Source: a virus
Taxonomy: Duplodnaviria > Caudoviricetes
Strand: one strand, 5' to 3'
Length of the DNA stretch: 64,000 nucleotides
IMG/VR virus record: IMGVR_UViG_3300021431_000090
Span: 1 to 64,000 of that record
Shown here piece after piece: positions 1 to 8,252 of this stretch. A program made the translations under genes and the position numbers. Below the pieces are notes generated by a model, which was not told the origin of the DNA, ran no database searches, and saw only the letters and a list, made by a program, of their open reading frames with translations. How positions within the stretch are numbered: position 1 is the stretch's first letter; each line of letters begins with the position of its first letter.

Positions 1-124
1 TCGTCCTGTCGGGCGGTCGCTTCTCTCACCCTTAACCGCAAGGGGTGGGGTGTGGTCTGCTGTCGTCCTGTCGGGCGGTCGCTTCTCTCACCCTTAACCG
101 CAAGGGGTGGGGTGTGGTCTGCTG
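1..124. repeat. Tandem direct repeat, two exact 62-bp units (1-62, 63-124); may continue beyond the left edge
   Basis: The unit tcgtcctgtcgggcggtcgcttctctcacccttaaccgcaaggggtggggtgtggtctgctg is read twice in succession. Confidence 0.95.
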
Positions 125-136
125 TCGGTTTTTGGT

Positions 137-165
137 AAAAAAATGGCCGCCCTTTTCGGGCGGTC
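137..165 (-). terminator. Intrinsic terminator after the HTH gene
   Basis: Minus strand GACCGCCC-gaaaa-GGGCGGCC then ATTTTTTT, just past the stop at 178. Confidence 0.8.
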
Positions 166-177
166 GGTCGGGGTCGG

Positions 178-1086
178 TCACTTGGTCGGGGCGGTCAAGC
201 CGAGGGCGGCGGCTTTTTTCTGAATTGCTTTGAAAAGGTCTCTCACGCTGTCGGGTCTGATGCCGAGGGCTGTTGCTATGGCCTTGTAACCATATCCCTT
301 GAAACGATAGGTTAAAGCTGTTTTCTGTCTGTCGGTCAATTTAAGATCTGCTATTAATTTGTCAAGGTCTCTGACCGTCGTTTCATCTGCCGTTGTTGGT
401 ATGGTCTCTTTTCCGTTGAAGTCGCACACATGGCCGCCGAGATCGGCATATTTCGGAAGACGTCTATAAATTGTCACGTTGTCGGGGTTTTCGCTGTCGG
501 GGTCGGTCGTCGTTTCTTCAATATAGGTATAACCATTTCGGGGGTCTGTTTGACAAGCTCGACTGTTGTCTATCCATCTACGAACGGCCTTGTATGCTTC
601 CCTTATGGGGGTCGTTTCGACCTCTTCCCACCCGTTCACGCTGTCGGCGGTCTGAATGTATACTTTTCTCTTCAAACGACGGATTGTATACGGCCTTTCA
701 AGGTCGGTCGGCTCGGTCGGCTCGGCGGTCTGCTGTCGCTCGGTTTCTTCCAAGAGGGCAACGGTCGCAACCTGCACAAGGTCGTAAGAGTCGCCGATAT
801 ACGTTCCGTAATGGGTCGCGTTTTCATGGGGGTCGTTGTTGCTGTTGGCGGTCTGATGCTTCCGCATCTCATAGGCCAATTCTTGACGGAGTGCCTTAAT
901 AGTGGGGTCGGCTGTTTTGGTCTCGATCTTTTTCGTGACCGCATAAGCAATGGCCACGGAAAGACGGGTTAAGGTCTCGGGGTCGGTCGGGTTTGCATTG
1001 TATGCTTTGATTGCATCCTTAAAGGGGTTTGCTGTCGCTGTCGTGGTTTCGGTCGTTGCGGTCGGGGTCGTTGTGATGGTTTTCAT
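178..1086 (-). CDS. Protein with C-terminal LuxR/sigma-region-4-like HTH (putative regulator or sigma-like factor)
   Basis: C-terminus LTDRQKTALTYRFKGYGYKAIATALGIRPDSVRDLFKAIQKK fits a GerE/sigma4 HTH; start reassigned to ATG 1086 after GAAAGGAA, because the track start 1176 is the -35 box. Confidence 0.7.
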   Translation of the reverse strand: MKTITTTPTATTETTTATANPFKDAIKAYNANPTDPETLTRLSVAIAYAVTKKIETKTADPTIKALRQELAYEMRKHQTANSNNDPHENATHYGTYIGDSYDLVQVATVALLEETERQQTAEPTEPTDLERPYTIRRLKRKVYIQTADSVNGWEEVETTPIREAYKAVRRWIDNSRACQTDPRNGYTYIEETTTDPDSENPDNVTIYRRLPKYADLGGHVCDFNGKETIPTTADETTVRDLDKLIADLKLTDRQKTALTYRFKGYGYKAIATALGIRPDSVRDLFKAIQKKAAALGLTAPTK

Positions 1087-1147
1087 GTTTTTGTTTCCTT
1101 TCGTAACTTTTTGTAATATTTTGTTTGACCCCTTGGGGGTCATGCTT

Positions 1148-1176
1148 ATTATAAAGGAACGAAAAGCAATTGTCAA
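1148..1176 (-). promoter_or_regulatory. Perfect-consensus sigma-A/sigma-70 promoter driving the leftward gene
   Basis: Minus strand TTGACA-attgcttttcgttcctt (17 nt)-TATAAT. Confidence 0.9.
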
Positions 1177-2098
1177 CGATTTTTTAACCGCAAGGGGTGG
1201 GGTGTCATGCTAAAAATAATGGGATGAAATGAAAAAACGCATTTTTGAAAACTTTCCAATAGGTAAACATGGCCTCATATCGTTGTTTTTGTCTGTTTTC
1301 ATGTACAAAAAATTTTTTTCAGTCGATATGTTGACATGATATCAATTTTCGCTTGTGCGGGGTTTTCGGGTCGGGGTGGTATCTATTCACGTTTTCGGCC
1401 TCATGCGCTTGTAGGGCCGTTTTCGTGCCATTTTGGGCCGTTTCTGTTTTAGGGTCTGTTTTGGGTCTCTCGGTCGCTTTGTGGGTCGTTCTGCTGTCGG
1501 TCGGGTGGGTCGCTTGTGTCTCTTGGTGTTATGGTCTGATGGGGTGATATGGTTTGATCGGTCGGGGGTGGGTCGTTGCGGTCGGTCGCTGTCGCTCGGC
1601 GGTCTCTCGGTCTCATTTCGTGACATAAATAAATGTTTATGCGGTGAGGATGTGTTTATTGTCGGTTTGTTGGTGGGGTGGTTGGGGTGATGGGGTCGCT
1701 GTCGCTTCTCTTGGTCGCTGTCGGTCTCACCCTCTCGGGGTTTTCTTCAATCGTTCACGGGGTCGGGTCTGCTGTCGGGTCTGATGCGGTCGGGGTGGGG
1801 TGTCTGATGGGGTGGGGTCTATTTCGTCTTTTCACACTTCACGAAATGGGGGCGGGGTGGTTATGGTCTTTTCACCCCATGCGAGGCCGGAAGAGCGGGA
1901 AGTTGCCTCTTCTCCCACACCCAGTCTCCACATCTTAATCCTCCTCAAAAATCACCCCTGAAACCAAACTTCCAAAATCAAAAGAACCCGCCTATAAATA
2001 TTTGCTTATTCTTTTTTGGAAAATTTACATTCTTGTTCAAATTCAGCAGCAACCGAACAAATTGTTCATAAAATTTTCAAAGAATTGGGGTGGTTTTC

Positions 2099-2128
2099 TT
2101 GACTCTGGAAGAACGGATTTGTTATAAT
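2099..2128 (+). promoter_or_regulatory. Rightward sigma-A promoter with extended -10
   Basis: TTGACT-18 nt-TATAAT with TG-n-TATAAT, upstream of the 2377 operon. Confidence 0.7.
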
Positions 2129-2263
2129 GGTCATGCTAAATATACCGACTGCTCAACGGTGGTCTGATGGCGACGGAGACATACTTCAACTGGCCGAAGG
2201 CGTTTAACCTCTATTGGATTAGATACCCATCGCAAGATCTGTCTCCTCTTTAAGGACGAACCT

Positions 2264-2283
2264 ATTTTCCCCTGTGGCACAGG
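2264..2283. promoter_or_regulatory. 20-bp site with palindromic core CCTGTG-n-CACAGG (copy 1)
   Basis: attttcccctgtggcacagg is the exact reverse complement of 7933-7952; both copies are intergenic. Confidence 0.6.
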
Positions 2284-2376
2284 CAAACTTTCAAAAAAAA
2301 AGTACCACCTTGGTACTAAAAAGTTCTAAAACGCTTTTCCGACCCTTATGAGCAGCATCAATACAAGGAGGGTTTT

Positions 2377-2925
2377 ATGACTCTGGAAGAAACAAAACAA
2401 CGTAACCGTGAACTGTGCGAACGCTTCCCTTTCCTGATCCCATTCAACAGATGGAGCGGCAAGCGGATTACTGACTGCTGCGGTCCTGATGGAGAGGAAG
2501 GATTCTGGCCAAACCATCCAGAAGCTCATCCGGACGATTTTGACTATGAGTCAACCGAGCTGGACGATATGCCGGACGGGTGGCGCAAGGCTTTCGGTGA
2601 GCAGATGTGTGAGGAAATCATGGAAGAACTTGTCGCGCATGACCTCGTGGACAAGTACCGCGTGGATGAGATCAAAGAGAAGTATGGAACTCTGCGATGG
2701 TATGACTCATACTCGACAGACAAGATCTGGAGCGAGATCATTCCAAAGTATGAGGAGCTTAGCTGGCACACCTGTATCCGTTGCGGCAAGCCAGCGACGC
2801 AGATGTCCCTCGGCTATATCTCTCCCTATTGTGACGGGTGCGCCGAGGAGCTTAGTGATCGTGTCGTATTCAAACCTATTCACAATGACGAAGATGAAAT
2901 TGATACGGAGGATGCTCCAGACTAA
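2377..2925 (+). CDS. Conserved phage hypothetical protein (KEKxGxLRxY motif, C-terminal CxxC..CxxC)
   Basis: RBS AAGGAGG; EIKEKYGTLRWY followed by CIRC...CDGC. Confidence 0.75.
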   Translation: MTLEETKQRNRELCERFPFLIPFNRWSGKRITDCCGPDGEEGFWPNHPEAHPDDFDYESTELDDMPDGWRKAFGEQMCEEIMEELVAHDLVDKYRVDEIKEKYGTLRWYDSYSTDKIWSEIIPKYEELSWHTCIRCGKPATQMSLGYISPYCDGCAEELSDRVVFKPIHNDEDEIDTEDAPD

Positions 2926-4167
2926 ATGGTAAAAGTATGTGATGCGATAATGGGGACTGGGAAAAGCTCCGCCGCTATTACATATATAAATGAGCACCCA
3001 GACTATAGGTTCATCTATATCACTCCTTATCTGGAAGAAGCTGCCCGTATAAAGAAGAACTGCCCGGACGCGCATTTCGTTGAGCCGAGCGATAAGCTGA
3101 AGCAGTATGATTTCAAGAAGTCTACCCATACGGCGGCTCTGATTCAGGAAGGCCGGAATATCGCCACAACCCACCAGGCATTTAAATGCTATACGCCCGA
3201 TACGCTGAAGACCGTCAGAGAGATGGGGTATACGCTAATCATCGATGAGAATGTTGATGTGCTGGAAACATTCGATATGCACCCGGACGATCTCAAGATA
3301 GCTGTCGACGCCGGGTATATTAAAGAGGAGAACGGATTGTACTCAGTGGCGAATGAGGATTATAACGGTCGTGCACTGCGTGACCTGTTCTATATGATGA
3401 AATCCAGAGAGCTTGTCAGGATTACAGATGCAAACGAGAATACATTCTACTATTGGGCGCTGCCACCTGATCTGGTAACATCATTCCGAGATGTGTTCAT
3501 ACTTACATACCTGTTTGACGGCCAGAGTCTCCACCACTTTCTGGAGATATACAATATACCTTATGAGTATATCGGCATCGAGAAGCGTGACGGTGGCGAG
3601 TTCGCCTTTTGCGAGTACCCTGGTTATACCCCGGAGTACGTGTACCATATGAAGGATATGATACATATAGTCTCAAAGCAGAAGCTGAATGATATCGGCG
3701 ATGATTATTACGCGCTGTCAAAGAGCTGGTTCGACCGTGGCGGCGATGATGTCGAGCAGTTGAAGCGTGATTTACATAACTGCTACATCAATCTGTGGTC
3801 GGATGCGCCTGCTGATCATAGGCTCTGGGGTACATTTAAGAATGTGTATGGCGTGATGCGTGGTAAAGGTTACTCGAACGCCTTCCTGACATTCAATGCG
3901 AAAGCGACAAATAAATACCGAAAATGCGACAGGCTGGTGTATATAACAAATGTCTTCATGAATGTGAACGAGAAGACATTCTACCAGATGCACGGTATAG
4001 AGGTTGACGAAGATAAATATGCACTGTCGATTATGGTTCAGTGGATCTGGAGATCTGCCATAAGAGACGGCAAGGAAATTTATGTGTTTATCCCAAGCAG
4101 GCGGATGAGAACACTGCTGATAAACTGGATTAATTCTTTTAATGATGGAGGTACAAAACATGACTGA
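2926..4167 (+). CDS. P-loop ATPase, SF2 helicase-like
   Basis: Walker A DAIMGTGKS, motif Ia-like YITPY, Walker B LIIDE, C-terminal QWIWRSAIR. Confidence 0.7.
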   Translation: MVKVCDAIMGTGKSSAAITYINEHPDYRFIYITPYLEEAARIKKNCPDAHFVEPSDKLKQYDFKKSTHTAALIQEGRNIATTHQAFKCYTPDTLKTVREMGYTLIIDENVDVLETFDMHPDDLKIAVDAGYIKEENGLYSVANEDYNGRALRDLFYMMKSRELVRITDANENTFYYWALPPDLVTSFRDVFILTYLFDGQSLHHFLEIYNIPYEYIGIEKRDGGEFAFCEYPGYTPEYVYHMKDMIHIVSKQKLNDIGDDYYALSKSWFDRGGDDVEQLKRDLHNCYINLWSDAPADHRLWGTFKNVYGVMRGKGYSNAFLTFNAKATNKYRKCDRLVYITNVFMNVNEKTFYQMHGIEVDEDKYALSIMVQWIWRSAIRDGKEIYVFIPSRRMRTLLINWINSFNDGGTKHD

Positions 4168-4339
4168 GATGTGTTCCGTCTGCCCCGCTGCGGAGCGTTG
4201 CCCTTACTTCGGACAGGATTCGTATTATTGGAATCAGAGAGGTGAAGACCGATGCGATGAAATCATCAGTGAAGCAATCGACCGGACGAGAAAAGAGTTC
4301 TATGCTGCGTGGCTGGAATACATAAATGACGACGATTAA
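4160..4339 (+). CDS. Small Cys-rich hypothetical protein
   Basis: RBS GGAGG, ATG 4160; CxxC-x5-C. Confidence 0.6.
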   Translation: MTEMCSVCPAAERCPYFGQDSYYWNQRGEDRCDEIISEAIDRTRKEFYAAWLEYINDDD

Positions 4340-4389
4340 TTTTTTTTGAATCGTCTTGCTAATTCTAAAGTATGGAATGAGGTGTTATT

Positions 4390-7116
4390 ATAAGCAAGCA
4401 ATTAGCATGTCAGAAATTCATATACAAAATACATAGTAATCGCCTCAGGAATGCGAAGTGGAAACTGTCTCTCCCGATTGACGAAGCGCGTAGGAATGAC
4501 GAGGTAATATCGCTTGCAGACAGCCAGGTTCTCCGTTGGATCGATGAACTGAACGGAGTGGTGGATGCGGACGACAAGGCACGGAATATCAAGCTTAGTA
4601 TAAAGGAATTGAAGAAACAGCCGAGCAGCGCACAGAATAAACGTGCAATACGTCAGCTGTATAAAGATCTTGATGATCTCCAGTTCCAGAAGGATTACAT
4701 GTGCCTGATCATCGACAAAGAGAAAGACTATCATCGCGCATGCAAAGGGTTCTCTATAAACGGTGTCGAGTACAAGCGTCTGCTTGGAACAAACGGCGGG
4801 ATCAAGAATTCTACGATTGTGTTCGTCAGTGAGCGGCTTGCGCCGGAACTCAGACGCAGGATTGAAAACGGTCGCGACCAAAGCAAAGAGCTTGTAACGG
4901 CAAAGCTTGAGGCCTACAAGGCATTAACGTGCAGCGCTTCTATCCCGGTGTCTCTGCCTAACGGTATCCTTGTCGTTGATGATGCGGAGACGGAGTTTTA
5001 TTCCGACTATATATATCTTACCGATGAGGGTGAAGGTGAACCTCTTATGGAGGCGCGTTATAACGAACTTGTTAAGATTGATGCGTCTGACGGGTATGGT
5101 CTTATGCTCCCCTCTCTTGCGGAACGGTGGAGTTCTGAGCTTGGCCTTGATTATATGGTGTCCGGGTGTAATACGCGTTTCTCGTGGGAAAAGGGTATGG
5201 TCTTCACGTTTGACTTTATCGACTTCGCTGAAAAGATTGCAGGAGCGTACACCGTTAAGGATGCATGGGGTAACGACGTCGACATCAGGAACGTGGAGCT
5301 TATCCTGACAACTTCCATGGTAAAGCTGTATGATTCCTATAAGAGTTGTGATGATTATGTCAATACTTCCATATCAAATGGCTATACATTCGGTATCGCC
5401 AAGACCTGCCCGGAGACTCTTGAGAATGAGCGATGCCTGAATTATCAGTTCATCCAGAGCTATGACCTCGATGATGATGATATCGAGGAACTGATCAGGC
5501 CTACGATGGACGAGATCAGAGATGTGCTTGGCGGCGACTGGAGAAAGACGGTTCTGTTCCTGAAAGGGTCTGGCCTTACCGAACGGAATATTGAGCGGCA
5601 GGAGAATGACTTCGCCAAGGCTATCATGATCGATCAGCGTATGGTGAATGATCCATACATCCAGAGTACGATATATCAGCTGATTAAGAATCGTATAAAC
5701 GAGGCGAAGGTGGGCGTACTTAAAGTTCACGGGAACTACTCTATTGTAGGTGGCGACCCGTATCTTCTCTGCCAGAGCATCTTTGGCCTAGAGAAAACAG
5801 GGCTTCTTAAGGCAGGTGAGATCTATAACCAGTACTGGGCAGACTGCGGAGCGAAAGAGCTTGCATGCTTCAGAGCTCCAATGACGTGCCATAATAATAT
5901 CAGACTTGTGCACCCTGTCGATAATGAGCAGGTGCGGTACTGGTTTCGGTATATGCACACATCGACAGTGTTTAATGCGTGGGATACGGCGACAGCCGCG
6001 CTTAATGGCTGTGACTACGACGGCGACCTTACTATGCTCACAGACAACAGCGTACTCGTCGGAAAGTTACGCCCGCTCCCAGCTCTGATGTGCGCACAGC
6101 GCAAAGCGACAAAGCGCATATCAACCGAGGACGACTTCATCAGATCAAACATTGATAGCTTTGGAAATGAGATAGGCGCGACTACAAACTGGATCACAAG
6201 TATGTTTGAAGTAAAGTCTCATTTCAGCCCAGGATCTAATGAGTACGAGACTCTTGAGTATAGGATCAGATGCGGACAGACATATCAGCAGAATTCAATT
6301 GACAAAGCGAAAGGGATAGTATGTAAGCCAATGCCGAGATATTGGCACGACAGAAGAGCAATAGCGGATGCCGACCCAGCGGAAAGAGAATTGTGTAAAC
6401 GCATCGTCGCCGATAAGAAGCCATACTTCATGAGGTATATCTATCCCGCTCTCATGAAGGAATACAATACATACATAAAGAATACCGACCGGAATGCTCT
6501 GAGGGAGTTCCAACTCACAGTGAAGGAACTGCAGGCTATCCCGGATGATGAGCGAACAGAGCGGCAGTCAGAATTTTTGTTCTACTACAATCGGCATATG
6601 CCGGTCGGCGTCGGCGGTTGTGTTATGAATAAGATCTGCAGGCGTTTCGAGGAAGAGTTCGACGGGACAGAGATGCGGCATAGAATTACAGGCAAGTTCG
6701 ATTATCGCATTATGTCCAGTGATGCCGAGTATCAGGATCGGCAGATGTCTGCAATTAAGAAGCTCAGGGAAGATTATAATAGGCGGCTCAGCAGCTATGC
6801 TGTATTTGCTGACTACGAGAGAGTCGACGCTGACGAATCTGCATCCGCTCTTGCAGTGATGAACGAGGAGTTCCAGAAAGAGTGCTCAATAGTATGCCCG
6901 GAAGAACAGGCGCTCTGCAATATAATTCTGGATCTCTGTTATACGCGGAGTGCAACTAAGCGATTCGCGTGGGGGATGTGCGGGAATGCCATCATTACGA
7001 ACCTCCTTGAAATACATGATGGCATTATACGCTTCCCTACTCTATGCGACGATGGCGACTTTGAGTATTGTGGCAACAGGTATAGGATTGAATCGAAAAG
7101 GATTGAGGTGGGTTAA
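4390..7116 (+). CDS. YonO-like single-subunit two-barrel phage RNA polymerase (cellular RdRP-like), about 908 aa; probable ATA start
   Basis: Catalytic NGCDYDGD (DxDGD), upstream RAP motif (FRAPMTCHNN), DGYG, IDKAKG; the frame is open 56 codons upstream of the track start, back to GAGGTG-5nt-ATA. Confidence 0.85.
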   Translation: MSKQLACQKFIYKIHSNRLRNAKWKLSLPIDEARRNDEVISLADSQVLRWIDELNGVVDADDKARNIKLSIKELKKQPSSAQNKRAIRQLYKDLDDLQFQKDYMCLIIDKEKDYHRACKGFSINGVEYKRLLGTNGGIKNSTIVFVSERLAPELRRRIENGRDQSKELVTAKLEAYKALTCSASIPVSLPNGILVVDDAETEFYSDYIYLTDEGEGEPLMEARYNELVKIDASDGYGLMLPSLAERWSSELGLDYMVSGCNTRFSWEKGMVFTFDFIDFAEKIAGAYTVKDAWGNDVDIRNVELILTTSMVKLYDSYKSCDDYVNTSISNGYTFGIAKTCPETLENERCLNYQFIQSYDLDDDDIEELIRPTMDEIRDVLGGDWRKTVLFLKGSGLTERNIERQENDFAKAIMIDQRMVNDPYIQSTIYQLIKNRINEAKVGVLKVHGNYSIVGGDPYLLCQSIFGLEKTGLLKAGEIYNQYWADCGAKELACFRAPMTCHNNIRLVHPVDNEQVRYWFRYMHTSTVFNAWDTATAALNGCDYDGDLTMLTDNSVLVGKLRPLPALMCAQRKATKRISTEDDFIRSNIDSFGNEIGATTNWITSMFEVKSHFSPGSNEYETLEYRIRCGQTYQQNSIDKAKGIVCKPMPRYWHDRRAIADADPAERELCKRIVADKKPYFMRYIYPALMKEYNTYIKNTDRNALREFQLTVKELQAIPDDERTERQSEFLFYYNRHMPVGVGGCVMNKICRRFEEEFDGTEMRHRITGKFDYRIMSSDAEYQDRQMSAIKKLREDYNRRLSSYAVFADYERVDADESASALAVMNEEFQKECSIVCPEEQALCNIILDLCYTRSATKRFAWGMCGNAIITNLLEIHDGIIRFPTLCDDGDFEYCGNRYRIESKRIEVG

Positions 7117-7874
7117 TGTCGATCGTATTAGATGAGCATAAGTGGGCTGAGCAGATGATCGCGCAGCACTCGCTTGGTAAGAAACCTTTTGAGACTCTTA
7201 CAAGGGTCTCCAGATATTATCTCGATAATGGTGTACCTAAGAAGGATGTACGTAAGATGATGGACACATTTCTTGTCCAGTGCGACCCAACTGCTTCAAT
7301 ACCGAAGTGGTCAGGGATAATCGATAACGCTGTTTCTCTCGCTGGAAAGTATGATGCAGTTTCTGTTAAGTACATACCTGTTACGGATAAAGAGATTGAA
7401 AAGATCAAATCTCTGAGCGGGAAACAGCTCCAGAGACTTGCGTTTACGCTGCTGTGTCTTGCTAAGTATTGGGACGTCATCTCACGGTCTAAAGACCATT
7501 GGGTTAATAGTAAGGACAGTGAGATAATGCAGCTTGCGAATATTAACACGTCGATCAAGAGGCAGAGCTCTATGTACTATACGCTTAATGAGCTTGGAAT
7601 GATTCGTTTCTCCAAAAAGGTTGACAATACGAACGTGCGTGTGTGCTTCATCGAAGATGGAGATACCGTTATCAAGGTCAGTGATTTTAGGAACTTAGGG
7701 TATCAGTATCTCAAGTATCTCGGCGAGCCGTATTTTGAGTGCGCAAACTGCGGGATAGTAACGAAGTACAATGATCCAAGGAATAAGCGGAAGCAAAAAT
7801 ACTGCAAGAACTGTGCGGCTGAAATAGCGATCAAACAGAGAATCGACTCGGTGATGCGGTCGTATCGGGCTTAA
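7116..7874 (+). CDS. Hypothetical protein with C-terminal Zn finger, translationally coupled to the RNAP
   Basis: TAATG overlap; CANC...CKNC. Confidence 0.75.
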   Translation: MSIVLDEHKWAEQMIAQHSLGKKPFETLTRVSRYYLDNGVPKKDVRKMMDTFLVQCDPTASIPKWSGIIDNAVSLAGKYDAVSVKYIPVTDKEIEKIKSLSGKQLQRLAFTLLCLAKYWDVISRSKDHWVNSKDSEIMQLANINTSIKRQSSMYYTLNELGMIRFSKKVDNTNVRVCFIEDGDTVIKVSDFRNLGYQYLKYLGEPYFECANCGIVTKYNDPRNKRKQKYCKNCAAEIAIKQRIDSVMRSYRA

Positions 7875-7932
7875 TGATTTTAAACATTAGTACATAACGC
7901 AATATTTTGAAAGTTATAAAACACTAAATTGT

Positions 7933-7952
7933 CCTGTGCCACAGGGGAAAAT
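7933..7952. promoter_or_regulatory. 20-bp palindromic-core site (copy 2, inverted)
   Basis: cctgtgccacaggggaaaat. Confidence 0.6.
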
Positions 7953-8030
7953 TGCACATTTGATGAGGTGCTTTAAATGAAGGGGAGAATACGCTTCTCC
8001 CCTATTATTGAAGAAAAGGAATGATTTTTT

Positions 8031-8252
8031 ATAGTACTCATTACAAAGTCTGAGAAGAAAGAACTCAGCGAAAGGTACCAGAAAGTAAAGTTTGTAAGGA
8101 CGATGGTTCAGCGGTCACACCGTGGACATTACTACTGCGTTGAAGAGCCGTATCTGATGAAGGCTCTTAGAGACCTGCGCAGAGAGAATGTTGTCGAGGA
8201 TCATCCGCCGCGCAAAAAGGATAATAAGAAAAATTGGGGCAATCGCAAGTAA
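8031..8252 (+). CDS. 73-aa basic protein with ATA start, absent from the ORF track
   Basis: AAAGGA upstream; IVLITKSEKKELSERYQKVKFVRTMVQRSHRGHYYCVEEP...; its stop overlaps the next ATG (TAATG at 8250-8254). Confidence 0.6.
   Translation: MVLITKSEKKELSERYQKVKFVRTMVQRSHRGHYYCVEEPYLMKALRDLRRENVVEDHPPRKKDNKKNWGNRK

Noticed and set aside
1-124. CRISPR array
   Set aside because: Contiguous repeats without spacers; no array or cas gene seen in the window
1353-1938. Several 64-86 aa ORFs on both strands
   Set aside because: They are by-products of stop-poor, low-complexity G/T-rich DNA, with no convincing RBS or motifs
2216-2228. GGATTAGATACCC, identical to a conserved 16S rRNA 13-mer
   Set aside because: Flanks do not resemble rRNA; probably chance
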